Assembly: GCA_051362555.1 (NCBI GenBank)
Contig: CM120646.1
Coordinates: 8,370,001-8,434,000 of the forward strand
Source: Lingula anatina
Taxonomy: Eukaryota; Animalia; Brachiopoda
Direction of reading: 5' to 3'
Length of the DNA stretch: 64,000 nt
Under the pieces are notes generated by a model. That model was not told where the DNA came from, made no database searches, and worked only from the letters and a program-made list of their open reading frames with translations. Below, piece by piece: positions 49,893-61,500 of the stretch. Both the position numbers and the translations under genes were made by a program. Each line of letters starts with the position of its first letter. The first letter of the stretch is position 1.

Positions 49893-51054
49893 GCAGAGGT
49901 GGTTGCGTCATTGCACAGAGATGAGCTTATGGCACAGGTCATTTGGCGGTCCCGGATAACCATATTTCTGTGGTATTTATTCTCATTCTAGAGGGACGTG
50001 CTCAATACGCCATCGCACAAACGTATATTTGCAGCTACTTTTCAAATTATAGAGCTTTCGGCATTCATAATTTTAATATATAATTTGGACTTGATAAAAA
50101 AAAGTCGAACTTTAAGCATACTTTTCAGATGAGATTGATAAGAGCTTCCTTGCAAAATGGAACATGTTCCAACTGCCCTTAAAGTTAACGAAAGAAAAAA
50201 ACGGTTCGTACGAAAAATAAACACGCTATTCAGACATAATGCATATAAAAAGAAACATTAGCAACTTAGCTTGAAAAGTTTTTATTGTTTCATTCGCGTT
50301 GCACATACACGCATTTTTAAATTTTGCTTTAAAAGGGTTCTTTGCTGGATTTTTTAAATGCCGTAATCTGAAAGGTCATTAATCGGAAATTTCCTTAATC
50401 TGTGGTCCAAATGATTAACGCATTTCATTCATGTATTTCTATTTTCAATAAACAGATAAGATTGAAAAGCTATCCTTGCTATTCACATCGCTTACTTTCT
50501 GTTGTGTTTTCTATAAAAGTGCAAAATTGGTAAAAAGTACGGAGTTTGAAAGCGTTAAGAATACTTTTTTCTTCATGACTTGTATCAACTTCAGTCTTTT
50601 CATACACTAACAACAAAGTATCATGATATATTTCATACTTTAATGGCTGAAATAAATTCGTTTCTTAGGTCTTTTTAACATCGAAAGATATGGGCCCCCT
50701 ACTGCAGCGATACAGCCTGTACCGGCACATTTTACTAATCTTTTTCTGTTGTGAGCCTCTCTATTGGATCCTGATTTTTGTGGTCAATATCTTAAGCCAG
50801 TCTCGAGAATTAAATATTCTAAGCATTAAATTGCTGAACAGTTGATACGTAATACTATAAGCACTCACCGATTGCTAAGGTATTGGGCCTTAAAAACGAA
50901 ATTGCCTTTTCGAGCCGCGGATATTTGATTAACAACGCCTAATTTACGTCTTAACCTGAGATTTCATTGTGCTCATATAAAAACGGTACAAAGTAACACT
51001 GACAGCAGATTTGGACGAATACTGAGTTTCCAGCGGTGGTGTTTAAGGGACCAT

Positions 51055-51266
51055 TCCCGTAACCCTATTGTACTAGCAGAATCGATTATCTCCGATGGGA
51101 TTCTCGCTAAACTGCATTCAGTTTAATCGTGGACGAAAGTTAATAACCCACCTAGCAGCTTCAGTGGGCGTGACAGAAATTTAAGTCGCTTAAACTAAAT
51201 GCAATTTAGCGAGGATCCCCTCGGAGTTAGATCGATCCTGCTAGTAGTACAATAGGTTTATGGTAA
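51055..51266. mobile_element. Palindromic MITE; related copies near 34225-34390 and 21300-21390
   Basis: cctattgtactagcagaatcgat...gggattctcgctaaa.tgcatt mirrored by aatgcaatttagcgaggatccc...atcgatcctgctagtagtacaatagg. The motifs tgcaatttagcgagaatcccctcg and ggagttggatcgatc recur at the other sites. Confidence 0.7.
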
Positions 51267-52017
51267 CCTTGTCTAATCCAATGCCCATTCGGGCCTCATC
51301 CGAATCTCTCATTCCAAAAAGGCTCCAGCTATGGAAGTTCTTTTGGAACTCAAGTGCGACGAGGGGGTTCTTGACAACTGAGGCCTTTAAGAGACTCAGA
51401 AGAGTGTGCATTCAAGGAGGGGTTTCTGCTCTCTTTTCGGAATCGAGAAAAGACTGTTGAAAGCCTCAAATAGTATGTTTACATTCATAACATTAAATCG
51501 CAGATTTAGAGGTTATTTTGGCGTTCGAATCATAAACTCAAGACTCGAAATCGCAAACGGAATTTATCGTTTACAAGGCCTGGTAGGCCTATATATCAAT
51601 CACAAAACAATTGAAACCGATGTATTGGCGGTAATTTTTGGATAATTTTTTTTAGATTCAAAATGGATTAAACAGTGAATAAAATAGGGAAGTATAGAAA
51701 GCGCGATCAGCATATTTTTCAATGATATATAGTTTATATTGATTAGTCAGAAGACAACAACAATATATGTACACGCTTACTGTTCGGTGTATTTGCAGTA
51801 CAAAATGCTTCCGTGGAGTTATGTTGGCAGTCTGTGAATGGGAATTAAATTTCATTTTGAATTTATAAATCAATAACACCATCTCTTTTTTTAAAACTAA
51901 AACATTGTGTTCAGGCACTATAAAAACACAGAACAGAACATGTTTATGGTATCAAAGTGATTGTTTTGATTTATCCAGTTATATTGTAGTAAGATCATGA
52001 GAAAAAAATGAAATTAG

Positions 52018-52204
52018 ATACTGGATCTTACGTTGAAACGGAGATCACGACGTTCCAACCTTATCAAAAGACCTTCAGTTGAGCTGATTTGGCGTTGCCA
52101 TCGGTGTCACGTGGTGACAGTCTCAGTTCAGCCGAAGAAGGCTCAGTCTATGCTATAGTGCGGTCGAAACGTCGTGATCTCCATTCCAACGTAAGATCCA
52201 GTAT
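52018..52204. repeat. Inverted repeat (43-bp arms) resembling Penelope terminal repeats
   Basis: 52018-52060 versus 52162-52204 with 4 mismatches; contains gaaga...cgaaacgtcg. Confidence 0.65.
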
Positions 52205-52282
52205 TAGTTTAATTTTGTCATTATCTATGTATATAATTGTGCGTTAAAACGATCAAATTGGAAATTTTATTACTAACGCAAT

Positions 52283-52828
52283 GCCGGTGTCACGTGTACG
52301 GTCCGTTCTGCGTGAACCATCCGTCCTGACCGATTGTACACGCAGCAGACGCGTGTATGAGCCGTTCCGTGAATGATCCGTTGTTATTCACCAGTACTGT
52401 TACATCGGCTAGTTCATTTCCTACCACATTATACATTTACTATGATAGGGATAAAATTCACGTGTTAATTGATAATTTTGATAGAGAATCAGCGTCAAAT
52501 TACAGTTCGACGCATGGATGAACCTACCGTGGACGGGCCGTCGTTATTCAGCTGCTACCTACTATATTAGTATTGATTTTACTAGGCTAGTGTGTTGATA
52601 TGACCACCTGAGGGAAACCGCAGTAGAGGTGAACATCTATAAGATATGAATACTTCTAAAGATTACGTTTGAATTTGCAGTATGTTTGTTTATTAAAGGT
52701 TAAGAATGTTTTGATGACTCTATATAGAGACGGACTGTACACGCCGGAAGTATCTCAGAGTTGCCTGCGCTTTGTGTGCATGAGCAGAACGGATGCTTCA
52801 CGCTCCGAGCGGTACACGCCACACCGGC
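52283..52828. mobile_element. MITE-like element with imperfect TIRs upstream of copy 3
   Basis: gccggtgtcacgtgtacggtc...gcgtgaaccatccgtcctg versus the reverse complement of cagaacggatgcttcacgc...ggtacacgccacaccggc. Confidence 0.6.
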
Positions 52829-53074
52829 ACGACCACATTTACCCGCAGAACGCACCGAGTGTCTTTGAAAAGGAAATAAGATGCACTATTTCACACTTCG
52901 GCAATCCTGTCTTTTGATGAATAAATGGGCACAGTCCTTCACTCAAAGTCCTTTTCAGAAACAGCGGTGTGGAACGTCATATAAACTTGTACTTTCCAGA
53001 ATAAGTACATGTAACTAGAGCATGCTTGCTATACTCTTAGTCCTTCATGCAGCTAAGGCGGAACAGTTAACACT

Positions 53075-54303
53075 ATGGGCACTAGAAAGACGTTCTACGT
53101 GGGGACTCTCCCCATCCTTCTGGCCCTGGTTTTGGGGTACTTCAGGTCCGATCTGACTCAGGTTCTCTCGGGCATACACAGCATCTGGAGCGATGGAGAC
53201 GCCGGAGATGCGACCCAGACGCCACCGAAGGGTCACATGCAGAAGTTTGGACTTCACGTGGACAAGGAAAAGGAGCTGATCGTGATGGACCATTTCCCGA
53301 GTCCAGAAGATTTTTACAGAGACCACATGCGACAGTCAGTCCCCCTCGTGGTTCGAGGATCACTGAAACACTGGCCGGCCGTGGAGAAATGGAAGAATGA
53401 AGATTATTTACGAGAGAAATTTGGTCACGAAGATTTTGTTGTTATGTGGAATAATATCACTGACCACAGACACAAGTCGGCCATGATGATGAGTATGAAT
53501 GAATTTTTGGAGTGAGTGGCAAGTATTTCTGTGTAAAGAGCATTTTATCTGTTTGGGGTAATTTTTCTATGAATATAGGACTTCAATCCCGGACATAAGC
53601 ATTCCTTTCTGGCTTGATATAGCGTGCATTTAATATGTTAATCCAACCTCATCTATTCATAATAGTGGTTAATTAGAGCCCATATCGACAAGCTTACACC
53701 TGTTCCTTTATGGAATTTTGATTGTTTTGGTTGTTTTGTTAATCAACGCATGGTTTATAGTAATTTCACAGTCCATCTCCCGATCTATTTGAACAGAAAC
53801 TTCCCAGCTCACGACACGAGTTCGTAATGAGTAACTCACAATACCATTTAAGAGGCTGATGCGCTCCTTCATTCAAACATGAATAAAAATCCGTTGAATG
53901 ATGTTATATAAGAGAACCTCAGCCCACTAAAAGCGTTTATGCATTATGCTGCTTACAGGGCGAGGATTTTTTTTTTTCTTTCTTTTTTTTTTTTTTGTCA
54001 GTTCATGCCATACAGTCGGTGTCTCGTGAAAAGTCATAATATCATTGTTGAGTTTTGACTTCAGCCACACTTGACGCACTAAGCTGTTGTCTCTCTCCTA
54101 TCGATAATGTCGCGTGCATTAGTGTGAATTTTTGCGTGATACACATTTATTTATCCGCACGTGCGTGTTATGCACGCGAATACACGCTTTAATAGAAACA
54201 CAAAGGAAGAACTCTAATACACACCTTTATAAATAGGCAGCCTTGCGTGTACACGGTCACGTATGTGCGTGTGTGTACATGTATGTTGTATGTGGGTGAC
54301 TAT

Positions 54304-54340
<37 letters not shown>

Positions 54341-57300
54341 TTCTCCTTCAATACTTTGGCTTGAGTATTTTGCTCGAAAAGGGATTGAGACTGCAGATGG
54401 AGACTTTCACAAAATGTGACTGATTGATTGCTTCAGATATCTTTTCGTATATGGGTCTGGTTGTGATCGAGGAAGGGGAGAGAGGTACTGCATTTTATTA
54501 AAATTCCATCATGAGGAAAGCACTGTCCTTCATTCAAAGATAAGTACTTCAAGATAAGTGACTAGATTTTTGACGGTGAAAAATTCAAGTAAACACACAG
54601 ATTGTAAATTGGATGTCTTGTCGATGAAAAAATTAATATTTATTTATTATTTTCAAACCTTCATTTTAGCCAGTACCGCGATAAGCATATATACCTGGAT
54701 GGCTTCGTGTCTCCGGCAATGTCCAAAGATCTGACTATCCCAAAATTCCTTGGTTGCGACGCCATAATTAAAAGGGTATCGTTTGATAAATGTTATTTTT
54801 GGTGTATTGTTGAAAATTTGATTGGCGTAGTAATTTTCCTTGTTTAATGAATAAAACTTGTCTTGTTGGAATCTTGGAATCAACATTAGTTTTCAATATC
54901 TGTTCAGTTTAATTTCTTTGTCTTATTTTAAGTGCCCTTACACGTTATTTACATTCGTATTTGGTAATTTCTAGAGGGTAAACCATCTACGCAAGCCCGT
55001 AGCCAGGGGGGTTCGGAGGATTCGAAAGAACCACCCTTTTTGCTTGGTTTTATTTAGGATTTTATGGTAAAAGGTCCACTTTTTCAGAAAACGAACCCCC
55101 CTTCTGAAATTGCTGGCTACGGTATATCAGCGCATTATATTTTTCTATTATAAATTTTATCAATAACAGAAACGTCCAAATTTATTTCAATGTGGTGTTA
55201 TGATTCAACAATTTTGTACAGAATAAATCGGTACACTGAACAATACTGACCAAAACCAATGCATTTCAATTTTCCCCAGGCGACACAGTTTTCGCTGTTA
55301 TTCAACGCTGCCTGGTCTAGCACATTCGTCCACGTAGACGGAACAGAAAACATGTTTACTCAAATCACGGGACAACGGCAGTGGATCCTGATACCGCCGA
55401 CCCACGGGAAATACCTGCACGTGGACGATTTTAACTATCACAGAGGTAATGTTAACTTGAGGAAGTGGGAGCCGAGACACAGGAAAGTGGGATCTCTGTT
55501 GATATTATATAAACATATATAACAGGGCCACAGCCAGGGATTTGATGGATCAGTATGAAAAATTAAAATAATGGAAGGATCTTTGGGGCTTGTTTCTGGA
55601 GTTTAGAGTTTGAATACATTTGATATTTGCCCAGGCTTGTTATAGATAAATTTCAAAGTTAAGTTATTTTGAATTGAAAATAGCACAAATGCGTTTTCTT
55701 TCTATCTAGGAAAGCGGTTCTTTAGACACCAGAGAACCAGTCACCAGGTTATAAGACGATAAACTAATCAGATTTTACGATCAATTTTTCTTTTTTTGTA
55801 AATTAAGTAATACGTGCTATTAATACTTCATTTGATTTTGGGCCAGGCAGACAGCGTGGATGACTTCTGAATATATAGAGATACGCCTACACCGGTAACT
55901 TTATCATTGCCTTGAAGCATCATCAATTATCTGGGAAAACAGTATATACTGCATTCATCAGTTAGTGTAATTCTGACGGATTTTTTTGTCCTCCATGATA
56001 GCGGTGTTATTTTTCGCATCCATGTATTCATACACGTATGTATTCCTCGCTGTTTCTTTTAAAGTCGTCTCTCATTCCATGCAATATTCCAGGGATCTCT
56101 CCAGTTGAACCGGAAGCCGTGGACCTCATCAAATTCCCCAATGTTTCCAAAGTCGACATCTACAATATCACGCTGTATGAGGGGGATATTATCTACGTGC
56201 CCGAGGGGTGGTACCACCAAGTTCGCACCATGGGCGGTCCACCTAACATAGCTGTGACGATCTTTATGGACTTCATCAGTTGTATGGAGAAAGGATACCC
56301 CGTCGATAAAACACAGGAAATGTTAACAGAGATGTGCATTGCAATGAGAGAGGCCACACCAAAAGGTAAGTGATACAATGTAGATAAATAAATAAACATA
56401 CAAGCATCGGTATAATCATAATCATAACTATAGAAAAGCACTCCGAGAGCGCAGACCTCCGCCAAGGCAACAAAGTCTCCACCCAATGCCGTTTCACACC
56501 TAAATTTTCATTCTATAATGATGTAGTTTTTTATTTTTGATTATTGATTATTTATTGATTATTGATAGGTTATTGATCCGGATCACCACTAAAAACTAAT
56601 CATCTGTTCCAATAGTTCCTGAAAATGTCATCAAAATCGGTCCATAACTTTTTGAGTTATGTTGCTGACAGATAGACAGACAGACAGAAAGACAGACAGA
56701 CAGACAGACAAACAAACAAACATGGTTGAAAACATAACCTCCTTGGCGGAGGTAATAATAATAATAATAATAATAACGCCTACATCTGATTCGGCCTTAT
56801 TAACTTATAGGTTCTTACAACTTCTGTCATCTTTATACACATAAACAGCCATGTTTTCCCTCAGAAATTACCTGCCAAGAACGCATGGAAGATATGCCAA
56901 TGCAAGAGTTCATCGAAAAATATGGTCATCTTAATCCAAAAGTCTTGACTTTGGTGCACGACTTCGAGACAGCAGACAGGCTTTATAACTTCTTTTCGAC
57001 CACACTCAAAAGTGGCTTTGCCAGTGAGTATTAGTCCTGGGTTAAGTCTACGTAACAAATGACATACCTAATGACTGTTATGTGTCTTTAATAATCAGGT
57101 GACGAAACTCAATATAAAAAGAGTGTAAATCGTTATGAAAAGCTTTTTGGCAGGAATACCGGTGACGCTTCAATTACAATCAAATGGACACACTAATTAG
57201 ATAAAAGTTGGATGTACAATTTGACTTTAATCTCTCTCTCTCTCTCTCTCTCTCGTCCAAAAGCTGTCAATTAAACATTTACAATATACAGTAAGGTAGA

Positions 57301-58584
57301 CACATTTTTATTAATATTCTAGTGCCGTCACTTGGATTTGGATTGAGCGGCCAACCGGTCGATAAGGCTAAACCAGCTGCTTCACACGCTATGCGAATGG
57401 GCTACAGGTAAAAGGGGGGTACAGGTAAAAGGTGGGGGGTTTTAGCTTTTTTTAAAATCCATTTAAATCCATTTGACAACCAGTGAATATCAAAGAAATC
57501 ACATATACCGTAGGTAATCTATGCGTTAGAGCACCCTAATGGAACCATTCAGTAGGAAATGAATGGTGCCTTGTGTTACTGGCCTCTTTTTAATGCCGAG
57601 ACGATATTGCGAAGTCTTGTGTAGTGAACCATAAATAGATTGAAAGATAATTTCTGACATGATGGCATAGTTTAAATCCTATTTAAGTGGTCCAAATTCC
57701 ATACAGTTACTCGAATATTCTGACAAAATGCTTAAAAAAATCATCCCTTATTATATTTAATATGAAAGATGAACTCTTTGTTATTGCTCGGTATTATTGA
57801 TTTATATGTATTTTTTACCACTGCAAAACTAAAATTATTTTACAGACTCTTTGACACGGACCCAGATGATGAATCCGAGGAGATTCTAGGGACTATTTTA
57901 GCTTCCGCTCCAGATGTCAAGCGAGAGGATGTTTTTATCGTCGTGAAGGTCCATCCTAGAAATTTAGGAAGGGAAAAAACTATCGCTTCTGTTCAAAGAT
58001 CTCTAACTAGACTGAAAACCGACTACATTGATTTGGTACTGATTAAAGCGCCCTCTTGTGATGGTATGAAATTCAAGTGCGAAGCAAACGATAACCGTGG
58101 CACTTGGAAGGTATCATGGGAAGCTTTGGAGGAACTGAACGAAGGTGGTAAAATTCGGTCTCTAGGCGTGAGCAACTTTAAGATGTCTCAGCTTCGAAGA
58201 TTGATTGGTTTTGCTAAAGTTCCTCTCTCCGTTGTGCAAAATAATTTCAACTTGTACAACAGGAAAACTAAGCTGCGTCAGTTCTGCAAAGACAACGGCA
58301 TCACGTTCATGGCGCATGGGTTGATGGGGGTTTTGGAAACTGAGAATGGTACACGAGAAAGCCCTCTATTAAGCCACAAAATGTTGGACCTTGCAGCCAA
58401 AAAATACCGCACAACCCCTGGAACAATAATGATACGATGGGCTTTAAACCAGAATGTGACGGTCACTCCAACGTCGACCAATCTTAACCATATCGCATTT
58501 AACAAGTATGCGCCACAATTGGATGTTGGAGAATCTCCATGGGCCATGAAAATGCTGACTGATTTCTTTCCCCATGTCAACTAA
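53075..58584 (+). CDS. JmjC-AKR fusion protein, copy 3 (654 aa, most divergent)
   Basis: Exons 53075-53511, 54670-54775, 55280-55445, 56093-56365, 56865-57023, 57323-57407, 57846-58584 total 1965 nt, in frame. Motifs TFVHVDGTEN, WYHQVRT and TLKSGFAMPSLGFG...MGYRLFDTD. Confidence 0.92.
54992..55126. mobile_element. hAT-like MITE
   Basis: ccgtagccag...ggggggttcg mirrored by cgaacccccc...ctggctacgg. Confidence 0.55.
56428..56756. mobile_element. Non-autonomous Helentron-like (HINE/DINE-type) element
   Basis: Subterminal acctccgccaagg (56455-56467) and its inverse ccttggcggaggt (56741-56753) within a terminal hairpin; internal (GACA)n; followed by (TAA)n. Confidence 0.6.
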
Positions 58585-61500
58585 GAAGAGATTGTGATGA
58601 TTATCTATGCATTTCTAAAAAGCATAAGGCCAAATTATCACTCCATAGGAAAGATTCCGTTTTAGTTCTTTCCCTAATTGGCCAATAATTGCTAAAATGT
58701 ATGTACTATATTCGAGTGGAATAAGAATACTTATTTCTAAAGTCAGCCCCATCTATGGTTATTATTGCCATCTAGGCATATTATCATATTTTGATCTATA
58801 TATATTCGATATATATCATATATCCTTTCTAGCTTATTTGATCTTTGGACACACACACACACACACACACACACACTTTCGTAAGTAATAAAATAGTTCT
58901 GGGGTTAAAACGCAATTTATCAAAATTAATCTTTGTGACCTTCTGGTAATACAGGCGATATTGCTTTTGATGATTGTATCATACCGAGTTTACTAGTGAA
59001 GTACAGGTAAAGCCAAATTGACGTAGTGTCAGCAGCTAAGGCTTTCAAAAATATTTTTTCACGAACATACGTGCAAAGACAATCTGGACAGCTGGGATGA
59101 GCACGCACTGACGGTGGGACCGGTTTCTTTACTTTGAATACTGTGACAGTATGATGGGGGGAATTATAAATAAAATAATGTTTGAAAACAATGTGAATGT
59201 AAAACTGACTAAATCTGATGAAAACGAATATATAAATATAGATATATTTACTGCTTCCATTTCTACCTGTTCTGCTTCACCGGTTGTCTCTATTGTCCCT
59301 GTCCCGCTCCCGTTCTTTTTCAAAAGTGTGGCCTTACTTGAAGAAATTCCGGAATGAATGCATAGTGGAACTTCTTTAATTAAAAAAAAAAGATTTTCGA
59401 AAAAGAGAAAGAAGTATTATATTACCTAAGGGGAAATGCTTTCAAATAACAGGAACAAACTAGACCGTTACAGATGTATTCTTGAAAGAGTCTCTTGTGA
59501 CAGGAAAAAGAATAAAGTCATGTAGATGAATGTAATAAAGAAAAATTTTCAATAATTAATTTTAACAGTACTTACTAAGTTTGAAAAGTTTTAAAACTTT
59601 ATAAATTATGTTTTATTTACTGTCATTCCTTATATATGCCGATAATTGGAATGTACGCACCAGTGATAAGACTGAAAAAAACTAGGCAACTTTGTAGGAG
59701 AGAAATTACTGAACGATCGAGCGATGTGAGGTACGCACGCAACTTCCCACGCACGGCAAACAACACGGTACGGAAAAAAATAACAAATAAGATAAAATAA
59801 CCTGTCAATCAAACTGTTATTACTTGACGGGATCTGTCAAAACTGAATGATTTGATTGGCACGTTGTCAATCAAATGGTGAAGGAAGCTGGAACATTGCA
59901 TGTTCGACAACTGCAGTTATCAACTGCGTAATGATTGTGATTGACGTTTATTTATAAAACTGTCTTTTTACTCTCCGTTATTCGTGAAAGAAAGCCGTTA
60001 TACCCGATGATTCGTGATTCGTGATCTTTGACGCGCATTTTAAGTGAAATATAAATAAAGTTTTATTTACTGTGATTTTTGAATTGATGATTTTATTTCC
60101 CGTGAATTGTGATCACCCCCCCCCCCCCCCCAATGGTACCCTATTATACGGCAGCTGGGCTGTATCCTCCCGAGGGAGGTGAGAACATTTACAACTAGTC
60201 TGAGTCAGTATTAGTTTCTTATGTACTTTATTAAACACATCTGTTAAGTCAATCCTAGCTGTGACAGCTCCAGTTAAATAAGCTGTACTCACGCTGAACG
60301 CTGCCACTTATTTTAACGTTTAACATACAAATCGGGTAAACAAAAAACGCATCTTGTCTTCTCTAACACAACCGGTACAGGTGATTTTTTTTTTTTTGGG
60401 GGGGGGGGGGAGGTGAAACATAGCCAAATAATTTGATATCAAACCTAATGGTTGATAAGATGTTATTATTTTTATCCTTATGATGGTAGAAAGCCTATAT
60501 AACCATCCCGGACTAGGACCCATTGTGCTATATCAAATTACAAAAACAAGTTTAAATCGAAACTTGCGTACGAAAAGCGGGTGCCCTTGTACATTATTAT
60601 GTAATACAGGTGAGCATTTCGGTGAGAGGTGTTCAAGTAGGACCAAGGTCAGTAGAAGATGGAGAAGACAGAGGTTCATGGTACGTTGCTGCAATTTCCA
60701 CATGTAGGCCAAAAATTTAGCACAGAAAATGACAGGAAGATGCCGTAGTATTGTATAGGTGATATAAGATAACGTTGTGTATTTTGTGTAGACGACGTTT
60801 GCCCAAATGATGCGTTTCGCACTGGGGCATTTTAGTCCTTATGACTGTGGGAACATTGCACTTATGTCCAATACATACTCCATTAAAATTTCAAAATCAG
60901 TTCAAAGTTTTAAGGCTTTGTTTTTCTGTAATTTCAGAGAAGGAACGCACTTGCCAATCAGGAAGTGAGGGGCTTATTGCAGCTGTCCAAAGGTCTGAAC
61001 AAGTCCTCAACAAGTAAGACCACTGGGCAGGTATCTACTTTCTCCTAATTGTTTTATTGGCGAGGTCACTGGCCAGTTTTCAAAGTATCCAAAATATCTT
61101 GTTTATGAAAGTAAACTTTAAACAAACAAATGCACATTCATTAATAAGATGTTGAACTATTGTGTCACTGTATTCCTGGAGACGACGGGACCAGGTTGGG
61201 GAGTTGAGGCGTGGGTGGGGAGGTGGACTGGGCTACAGTGTCCCTCCCTTAGTTTAAGAGGTATTCCTTCTCCATAACAAATAAACAAATCAAAACAGTA
61301 ACAAGAACATATCAAAAGCGCAAAAAAAAAAAAAAAAAAAATTGTACATGGCACGAAACTAGACGAAATACAGCTAATGTATCCTAGTTCACTCGCCCCC
61401 TCCCACTGAAAACCCTGGCTTGGTAAGTGAAAACGTGCCTAGATGAGTTTTTTTTAGATCCTGTCAATTTTATACAAATTGGGCCCATATGCCAAATGTT

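Noticed and set aside
58926-59357. Short minus-strand ORFs after copy 3
   Set aside because: No recognisable domain or phase-consistent exon chain.
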